DNA of 32,860 bases from an uncultured archaeon. GTDB lineage: Archaea > Iainarchaeota > Iainarchaeia > Iainarchaeales > DTGL01. Below are positions 26,541 through 32,860 of this stretch, one piece after another. The notes below the pieces were generated by a model, which saw nothing but the letters and a program-made list of their open reading frames with translations, did not search any database and had not been told where the DNA came from. Within the stretch, counting starts at the first letter, position 1. Every line of letters begins with the position of its first letter. The stretch is from positions 1 to 32,860 of the forward strand of contig CAZKED010000014.1 in NCBI GenBank assembly GCA_964551725.1, in the 5' to 3' direction. Made by a program: the position numbers and the translations under genes.

Positions 26541-27441
26541 TTCCGACCAGCTCCTCTGTTGATTTGAAATTGTGTTTTTTCATCCATGCCAGCATTTCCC
26601 CTTCCGTTTTTTTGAAAACCTCGGGACCGCGGAAGTGGACGCCTGTTCCTATTCCAACGCATGAAGCGCCTGCCTGCAGCATTTCAATCGCGTCCCTTCC
26701 GGACTGCACTCCACCGCAGCCAAGTATTGGAATTTTGAGGCGCTTGTATAGGTCGAAAACGCATCTCACGGCAATCGGCCTTATCGCCGGGCCTGTTACT
26801 CCTCCCACACCGAACCCCAGAACGGGCTTCCCTGAATTGATGTCGATAATCATTCCCGGGCCGTGGGCGTTGCCGCAGTTTATTGCGTCCGCTCCCGCTT
26901 TTTGCGCGGCAAGCCCTATTTCCACAATGTTGGGGATGGCAGGGCTTATTTTCACTATGAGCGGCTTTTTTGTTTCCTTTCTCGCCGCGCGGGTGATTTC
27001 ACGCGTGGCTTCAGGTGTGCCCTGCCCTGCCATCAGCCCAAAGCCGGGGGTATGCGGGCAGGAGAGAGGAAGTTCGACCGCTGAAAAGCCAAGCGGCTCG
27101 AAGGCTTTCACAAGACTTGCGAATTCCTCCGCCTTTCCGGCGGTGCAGCTCGCGATAACGGGGACCTTAAGCGCGCTCAGGTCGGAGAATTCCTCGAGCG
27201 CGTGCTCTATTCCGGGGTTGGAGTAGCCCACTGCGTTCAACATTCCGAGTTCGTAGGTTGCGGTAATGGGATTGCGGTGTCCTGCCCTCGGCTCCAGGGA
27301 AATGCTCTTGATTGTGAGAGCGCCGGCTCCGCCTCTCTGCACCCTGAACAAATTGTTCTTGTTGATGCCGAGTATTCCCGAGGCAAGAACAAGCGGGTTT
27401 TTCAGGCGCAGACCGCAGAATTCCGTTTCAAGCAGTGACAA
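26527..27441 (-). CDS. pyrD: Dihydroorotate dehydrogenase class 1B, catalytic subunit
   Basis: KNPLVLASG, MLNAVG..NPG, LSCPH, VKISP, GG..GPAIRP, G.GGV; adjacent to pyrK. Confidence 0.95.
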   Translation of the reverse strand: MSLLETEFCGLRLKNPLVLASGILGINKNNLFRVQRGGAGALTIKSISLEPRAGHRNPITATYELGMLNAVGYSNPGIEHALEEFSDLSALKVPVIASCTAGKAEEFASLVKAFEPLGFSAVELPLSCPHTPGFGLMAGQGTPEATREITRAARKETKKPLIVKISPAIPNIVEIGLAAQKAGADAINCGNAHGPGMIIDINSGKPVLGFGVGGVTGPAIRPIAVRCVFDLYKRLKIPILGCGGVQSGRDAIEMLQAGASCVGIGTGVHFRGPEVFKKTEGEMLAWMKKHNFKSTEELVGIAHK

Positions 27442-27455
27442 ATTAACACCTTTAA

Positions 27456-27632
27456 TTACTTGAGCTTTTCCGCTTCATCAAGGAGCATTACAGGAATGCC
27501 GTCCACTATTTTGAACGAGAGCAAGCATTTATTGCAGTTGAGGCGGTTTTCCTTTTTTTTGTAATCCAAAGCACCCTTGCATTTTGGGCATGCGAGCACT
27601 TCAAGCAGTTTTTTTGGGAGTCCTTTCGCCAT
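27456..27632 (-). CDS. trm112: Trm112/YcaR (UPF0434) zinc-ribbon protein (58 aa, not in ORF track)
   Basis: Manual translation MAKGLPKKLLEVLACPKCKGALDYKKKENRLNCNKCLLSFKIVDGIPVMLLDEAEKLK; AGGTG SD. Confidence 0.92.
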   Translation of the reverse strand: MAKGLPKKLLEVLACPKCKGALDYKKKENRLNCNKCLLSFKIVDGIPVMLLDEAEKLK

Positions 27633-27743
27633 AAACGCACCTTTTGCCTTTCTACTTACTGCCTCTTTATCTTTCTTTTATAAGAAAGAAGAAAAAGAAT
27701 AATAAGGTTATTATTTTCAATCTTTCCTTCTCTTTCTCCTCAT

Positions 27744-28400
27744 ATGGATTTCGCAAAATTCTACAAGTGCGCTGCAGCACTCATTGCGCTCATCGCAGTT
27801 GCAGCCGGCGTTGCACTCTTCCCCATGCTACCGGAGCAGGTGCCAGTGCACTGGAATGCCGCGGGAGAAATCGATTCTTATGGACCGGCATGGACCGGGG
27901 CGTTTCTGCTCCCTGCGGTAATGCTCCTAGTTCTCGGACTTTTCTTTTTGATTCCGCGCATTGCGGTTTTCAGAAAAAACCTGCAGGAATTCAAAAAGCA
28001 GTACTGGCTTTTTGGCGCAGTGCTGCAGCTGTTCTTCCTGGCATTTTTTACCGCGACACTCGCGCCCCTTGCGGGAATCCGGTTCAACATGAGTTCCTTC
28101 ATGCTTCCTGCTGTTGGAATGCTGTTCGTTCTCATCGGCCTGCTGATGCCGTCCTTCAAGAGGAATTTTTTCATAGGCATCAGGACGCCCTGGACTCTTG
28201 CAAATGAAAAGGTGTGGGAGAAAACGCACAAAGCGGGAGGCAAAGCATTCATTCTTGCAGGCATTGCGCTCTTCTTTTCAGCATTCCTGCCAGTGCAGTA
28301 TTTTGTCTCCGTTCTCCTGGGCATTGCCGTGCTGGTTGTAGCATTCGCCCTTGCTTACTCTTACCGGCTTTACTCGAAGGAAGGAAAGCCCCAGCTTTAG
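27744..28400 (+). CDS. SdpI/DUF1648 family membrane protein
   Basis: LPEQVPVHWNAAGEID and RNFFIGIRTPWTL.NEKVWEKTH..GG. Confidence 0.92.
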   Translation: MDFAKFYKCAAALIALIAVAAGVALFPMLPEQVPVHWNAAGEIDSYGPAWTGAFLLPAVMLLVLGLFFLIPRIAVFRKNLQEFKKQYWLFGAVLQLFFLAFFTATLAPLAGIRFNMSSFMLPAVGMLFVLIGLLMPSFKRNFFIGIRTPWTLANEKVWEKTHKAGGKAFILAGIALFFSAFLPVQYFVSVLLGIAVLVVAFALAYSYRLYSKEGKPQL

Positions 28401-28414
28401 CATTACTGCAGTAA

Positions 28415-30046
28415 TCATCCCAGCTCGTAGTAATAAATGCTCCATCCTATTTTCGCCTTCGGTTCCTTTTCGAGCAGGAATGAAAGGCAGCTGTCGCCCT
28501 CGAAAATCCCGACTATTTTTGTAACGCTCACCGCCACGCTGCCGTGCAGTTTACTGCAGTCGGGCTCGTAGCGCGCCTCGGGAAAAAACAACGCGTGATA
28601 AGGCCAGCCGAAATAAATTAGGTTGAGGTTTTCCACGTTGTTCTCTTTCACGTACGCCATTAACTGGAACAAGTCCTGCCCCCAGTCGATGTTGGAGTCG
28701 GAGAGGTAAAGCTGACCGTTTCCGGGACCGCCGCACAACTCGCTGAAATAAGCCAGGTAATTTGGGTAAATTGAGACTGAAGAGAAAAAAAGCCATGCAA
28801 GCAAAAGCGCGAAAACCGCTTTCGCCTTTTTGTCCTTTTTGAGGGCGAGGAAGCCCGCAGTCTGAGACGCGAAAACGAAAAGGAAGGGGTAAACGGGAAG
28901 GACGTAACGCAGCCCCAAGTAAAAGCCGGTGAAAAGCGATACAAGTGCGAAAAACAAAAGCGCCGGAAAAAGCACGGAAAAGGAGTCAAGCCTCCTTTTT
29001 TTGGCAAAAACGTAAAACGAAAACGCAAGCAGGATAATGAAAGCCAGCGGAGTCTTGAAAATGAATGCCGCGAGAAAGTAGTGCGGAATGTAAGTGCCGA
29101 ATTCGCCGAGGAGGTAGCCCTCTCTTCCACCCTGCACCCAGCCGGAAATGAAATCGTAGCCGTCGAGCAGTCTCGCGGGAATTATGCCGGCGGAAGCCGG
29201 ATCTCCATAAGAGTCAAAAGAGTAAAGCGCGTTTGCAAAAACCAGAATGAAAAGGCAAACGAAAAGGAAAACGAACGCACAGTAAAGGAGAACGTTCTTT
29301 TTTTTGAAGAATTCCGTGCGGCTCTTTTTGAGCTCGCGGTGCTGCATTGCAATGAACAAAAAAAGCAGCGGCACGAAAACAATGCCTGAGAACTTTGTCA
29401 GGGAAGCGAAGGAAATGAAAAGAGCGCTGAGGAACAAGTGCGGAAATCCGCCGCTCCGCGTGAAATGGAACGCGAAAAAGAACGCCGCGAAAACGAAAAC
29501 CGTGAGGGTGAAATCAAGAGCGGCAATGCGCGCGTGCGCCATTATGTTCGGGGAGAGAACGTAAAAGAAAAGCGCGAGCAATGCTGCTTTTGCACCGAAC
29601 AGTTTTTTGCTCCAGAGGAACACGAGCATGCCCAGAAACACGCCCAGAGCAATCTGCATGAGGCGCGCGCTGAAAATTATGGGAAAAAAGTTATCCAGGT
29701 TGGCTGCATAAAAGTCCGCGGCAAAACTGTAATTGGGGAGATTGTTTCCCATGACCGCCGAATCCGCCCACGCGGGCTTTTCCAGGGGAAGCACTGGGTC
29801 CATTAAAAGCAACGGAAGCGCTAAAACCATTTTTCCGAACACGGGATGCTCGGGATTCATCCTGTAATCACCGGTTTTCAGATAGGAATATCCGGCAACA
29901 ATGTAAACCGATTCATCAACTGTAAGGCTTTTCACCGCCACGCTTGTGGCTGCAGTCAAAACAAAAAAGGCAAGCATTATTGCTGCAATTATTCTCACGT
30001 GCTTTTCTTTTTCCAAATCAATTTTTCGCAGAAATCCGGGCTTCAT
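28415..30046 (-). CDS. GT-C fold glycosyltransferase (ArnT/PMT_2, GT39/83-like)
   Basis: T.DE..Y..AG.SYL, NPEHP..GK, SPN..AH, TKFS, G.RY.LP, YL.YF...DSN.DWGQD; many TM helices. Confidence 0.9.
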   Translation of the reverse strand: MKPGFLRKIDLEKEKHVRIIAAIMLAFFVLTAATSVAVKSLTVDESVYIVAGYSYLKTGDYRMNPEHPVFGKMVLALPLLLMDPVLPLEKPAWADSAVMGNNLPNYSFAADFYAANLDNFFPIIFSARLMQIALGVFLGMLVFLWSKKLFGAKAALLALFFYVLSPNIMAHARIAALDFTLTVFVFAAFFFAFHFTRSGGFPHLFLSALFISFASLTKFSGIVFVPLLFLFIAMQHRELKKSRTEFFKKKNVLLYCAFVFLFVCLFILVFANALYSFDSYGDPASAGIIPARLLDGYDFISGWVQGGREGYLLGEFGTYIPHYFLAAFIFKTPLAFIILLAFSFYVFAKKRRLDSFSVLFPALLFFALVSLFTGFYLGLRYVLPVYPFLFVFASQTAGFLALKKDKKAKAVFALLLAWLFFSSVSIYPNYLAYFSELCGGPGNGQLYLSDSNIDWGQDLFQLMAYVKENNVENLNLIYFGWPYHALFFPEARYEPDCSKLHGSVAVSVTKIVGIFEGDSCLSFLLEKEPKAKIGWSIYYYELG

Positions 30047-30108
30047 TCGTTAAAAATTGAACGGAAAACCATTTAAACAAATTCAGCCCCAGTTTTCTGG
30101 GATAAAAA

Positions 30109-30330
30109 ATGTGCCTCGCTGTTCCAGGAAAAGTCGCAGAACTGAAAGACGGGGGAAAAATTGCAGTAATAGATTACGGCTCTGAAAAAAGGGAAGCGAA
30201 CAACGAATTTTTAAGGGCAAAACCCGGGGAATGGGTGCTGGTGCAGTTCCGCATTGCGGTGGAAAAGGTCAGCGAAAAGGAAGCGAAAGAATCGCTCAAG
30301 GCATGGGGAGATGTTCAACCAGAGAGTTGA
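30109..30330 (+). CDS. hypC: HypC/HybG/HupF-family hydrogenase chaperone (atypical)
   Basis: MCLAVPGKV start; A..DY, G.WVLV, ..EA..SL..W; Gln at the usual His position. Confidence 0.88.
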   Translation: MCLAVPGKVAELKDGGKIAVIDYGSEKREANNEFLRAKPGEWVLVQFRIAVEKVSEKEAKESLKAWGDVQPES

Positions 30331-30863
30331 ATGGCTTGAGGGCTTATCCAGAGATGGTTTCTCAGTCCGCTTATTGATTTTGAAAGTTTTTTTGAACTTA
30401 TTTTCCTGACAGTGCCATGGTCTGGGTCGATGATTTCATAGGAATTGCCGATTTTCCTGTTAACAATCACAAAATGGGGAAAATGGTATTTGAAGTATAA
30501 TCCGTGCTCTTTTTTCCAGAGGTAAAAACGGTCAATGTAAACAATGAGGGGTTTTTCGAGGACGCTGTCAATGAATTTCAAATTTATTTTTTCACTGGCC
30601 AGAGAAATCCGCTTGGGGATTTTTTTCCTTTTTACAAAGTCAAAAAATATTTTTGATTCAGCCCACCATTTTATTCCAACGCCGTAATCAGCGGAAATTT
30701 TTTCCAGGTGTCCCCTGGCAATATTGTCCCTGTCATACTTAAGGGAAAACATGAAAAGTTCGAGCTCGTACTTGTCGGGAATTTTAACATTCTTTTCTTT
30801 CCCAACCAATATCATTAAACATTTTGCAAGGCAAGTTTCAGGATGCTTTTGCTTAAAACCCAT
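30315..30863 (-). CDS. Papain-like cysteine peptidase, C39-like
   Basis: Q-x4-TCLAKCL.M (catalytic Cys), HFVIV, IIDP. Start taken as ATG 30863. Visibly more AT-rich than its neighbours. Confidence 0.72.
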   Translation of the reverse strand: MGFKQKHPETCLAKCLMILVGKEKNVKIPDKYELELFMFSLKYDRDNIARGHLEKISADYGVGIKWWAESKIFFDFVKRKKIPKRISLASEKINLKFIDSVLEKPLIVYIDRFYLWKKEHGLYFKYHFPHFVIVNRKIGNSYEIIDPDHGTVRKISSKKLSKSISGLRNHLWISPQAIQLSG

Positions 30864-30909
30864 AAAATAGTTGTTTCTCGCTTTCAATAAAAACCCCTGC
30901 CCCGCGAAT

Positions 30910-31629
30910 TCAGCGCACTGAATTCGCCAGCTCAATGTTCGCGAGAGTGAATTTCTTCAAATTCTTAAGCGTGCTGGGCTCGATTACTTCAATCGCGTTC
31001 TCCCAGTGCACTGTTACGAGAGAGCCTTTTTTTGCCTGCAGCTCGAATGGGTTTCCTACCAACTTCGCCCTTTCCCCGAGGCATAACCTGTTGTTCTCCG
31101 CAAGGAGTTGCACGCCTTTCACTTTAAGGCATTCGCCTTTTTCCCCGAGCACTTTGCCCCAGCCCACCAGGCACTTGTCAAAGTTTTCCAGAACTTTCTG
31201 TACCGCGGGAGTGAGAAACTCCACAAAAAGCACGTGGAACGAGTGGTGTGAAAAAACCTGCTCCGGCAAAGCAGCGAGCTTGCGCTCGCGGATGCTTTTT
31301 GGAATCACCCTGAATTCGTTCTCGAAAAGCGCGCGGATTTTTTCAACGGAAATTTCCTCCAAGAGCGCTGAACCGAGCCAGTAAGCCTCAATCGCTTCCG
31401 GGCTGAATTCAGGCAGGGAATGCCCTTCCGCTATGAGTTTAACGTAGGAATGCTCGCCAATGAAAGTGCGCAGCGCTTCCTTCACTTCCCCAGAACGTTC
31501 AGTGCGCGGATTTGCAATGAAAGAATTGAAAAGTTCAGAGTAGTTTTTCGCGCCGCAGTAGCCGAGTTCGTTTGGAAAGACTGAATACTTGCATGCTTTT
31601 TGAAGTGCGAATGATTCACTCTCTTGCAA
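30910..31629 (-). CDS. DUF6390-like protein
   Basis: Y..PN.LGYCG, EAYWLG..LL, HHSFHV, D.C.VGWGKV, V.VHW motifs, recognised from memory of the family. Confidence 0.78.
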   Translation of the reverse strand: MQESESFALQKACKYSVFPNELGYCGAKNYSELFNSFIANPRTERSGEVKEALRTFIGEHSYVKLIAEGHSLPEFSPEAIEAYWLGSALLEEISVEKIRALFENEFRVIPKSIRERKLAALPEQVFSHHSFHVLFVEFLTPAVQKVLENFDKCLVGWGKVLGEKGECLKVKGVQLLAENNRLCLGERAKLVGNPFELQAKKGSLVTVHWENAIEVIEPSTLKNLKKFTLANIELANSVR

Positions 31630-32527
31630 TTGAAACGCCTTTCCATTTTAAAGCGCGGAAAGCGAGGGAAAAACCAATTATCACAATGACGCCGGAGGCA
31701 ACCAATAGCATTCCCAGTCCCTGCGCGAGAGAAACCGCTTTCCCGAGGAAAGCGGCGGAGAGGAGCAATGTAACCGGCTGCGCCAGAAGGAGCACTGAAG
31801 TGGCGGTGGAAACCCTTAAGCGCTTGAGGCCGGAGTAATAAGTGAAAACATAAAGGAAGAGGAATGCCGAAGTGAGAAAAACCCACTGCAGCTGCGGAAA
31901 GGAAATCATTGCCGCGAACTCCAGCTGCCCCGTGAACGCGAGGAACGCCAGAAGGAAAAGCGCGCCGAAGAACATTCGTCCGAACGCGACGAGAGAGGCC
32001 GGCATTTCATAGAGAAGGCGCTTTGATATTACGTTTTCCAGCGCCCAGAAAAGGGTTGCAATGAAAACCAGAAGCGCGGGAAAGGAAAACAGACCTGCTG
32101 GCGGAAACAAGAGGAAGTTGCCTGCTAGGAGGAACACTGCACCCAACAAAAATTTTTTGTCGAGCTTTTCCCTGAGGAAAACAAGCGCGAAAAGCGACGC
32201 GAAAATGAAAAGGGTTTTGTGGATAAAACCGGCTGTAACGCCGCTTGAAATGCTCAGGGCGTAAAAGAAGAGAGCGAATGGAATGCTTCCGCCTACAAGT
32301 CCAACGAGAGCGAGCTTGCCAAGCGTGCTTTTGTCCAGGAAATTGTGCAATTCCTTCCTTGCCGCCAGTGCAATGAATGAGAAAAGGAGCACGGCGACAA
32401 CGCTGTTTTTAAGTGTTGTGAAAATAAACGGGTTTATGCCGCGGACGGCAAAAGAGTTCAAAAAAATGCTTATTCCGCTTATTAGTGCTGCGAGCAGCAC
32501 GAGCAGAATTCCTTTCCCTTTTTCCAT
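31616..32527 (-). CDS. DMT/EamA-family transporter
   Basis: About 10 TM helices in two repeats; A.ISG...F.N, GG..PF.LFF, FIHKTL, LRE, WA.E..ISK. Confidence 0.9.
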   Translation of the reverse strand: MEKGKGILLVLLAALISGISIFLNSFAVRGINPFIFTTLKNSVVAVLLFSFIALAARKELHNFLDKSTLGKLALVGLVGGSIPFALFFYALSISSGVTAGFIHKTLFIFASLFALVFLREKLDKKFLLGAVFLLAGNFLLFPPAGLFSFPALLVFIATLFWALENVISKRLLYEMPASLVAFGRMFFGALFLLAFLAFTGQLEFAAMISFPQLQWVFLTSAFLFLYVFTYYSGLKRLRVSTATSVLLLAQPVTLLLSAAFLGKAVSLAQGLGMLLVASGVIVIIGFSLAFRALKWKGVSIARE

Positions 32528-32611
32528 AATCCAATAAAAGGGCGTGACGTGTTTTAAACCTTTTGTTCCTATTTTTGCTGAAAAGGTTTTTGGGGTAAAA
32601 GGAGGCGAATA

Positions 32612-32860
32612 ATGCTTTTCGCACTTGCAGCACTTGTTTCATTTCTCCTATACTTACTGCTCACCGCGGGCTCGGGCAGCATTTTTTACTGGAGCGCGGA
32701 AGAACTCTCTTTGGGCGCGGTTTTCTCGCTGGCAGCAGGGCTTGTTTCTTGGAGAGTGCTCTCAAAACTGGGGGCAAAAGCTCCTGCGGCATTCATGAAT
32801 CCAGCGAGGTGGGTTTTATTTATTGTTTATATTATAGGACCCTTTCTTTTCGCAATGACG
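32612..32860 (+). CDS. Na+/H+ antiporter subunit E (MnhE/MbhA-like), 5' part only
   Basis: GGAGG SD; manual translation MLFALAALVSFLLYLLLTAGSGSIFYWSAEELSLG...FMNPARWVLFIVYIIGPFLFAMT, open to the window end. LTAGS...WS..EL..G and NP.RW match Thermococcales-type MbhA/MnhE as I recall it. Confidence 0.78.
   Translation, partial: MLFALAALVSFLLYLLLTAGSGSIFYWSAEELSLGAVFSLAAGLVSWRVLSKLGAKAPAAFMNPARWVLFIVYIIGPFLFAMT

Noticed and set aside
27744-30046. SdpI plus GT-C (plus C39) as a glycocin/bacteriocin cluster
   Set aside because: No precursor peptide or exporter is visible, the genes are convergent, and both families commonly occur alone.

Overview
Gene-dense archaeal genomic window, most likely from a DPANN lineage (Iainarchaeota/Diapherotrites-like; this assignment is inference from gene content). 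Housekeeping genes: Alba, Sec61beta (missed by the ORF track), IleRS, single-OB SSB, thermosome, a histone-fold protein with a coiled-coil extension, TrpB2, Trm112 (missed by the ORF track), PyrD/PyrK, and two tRNAs: an unusual tRNA-Ile(UAU) and an intronless tRNA-Trp(CCA). Accessory content: a class II Fic protein and an RHH/RelE-like toxin-antitoxin pair among short IS-end-like direct repeats, several secreted or membrane proteins (Vps62-like, Cys-rich lipoprotein, two GATase-like paralogues, a single-pass protein with a cytoplasmic C2H2 zinc finger), and a HEAT-repeat/kinase-like protein. At the right end is a hydrogenase-associated neighbourhood: an atypical HypC, a DUF6390-like protein with an internal HypC-like domain, a DMT transporter and the start of an MbhA/MnhE gene. 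All family calls come from motif recognition by eye; no database searches were run.
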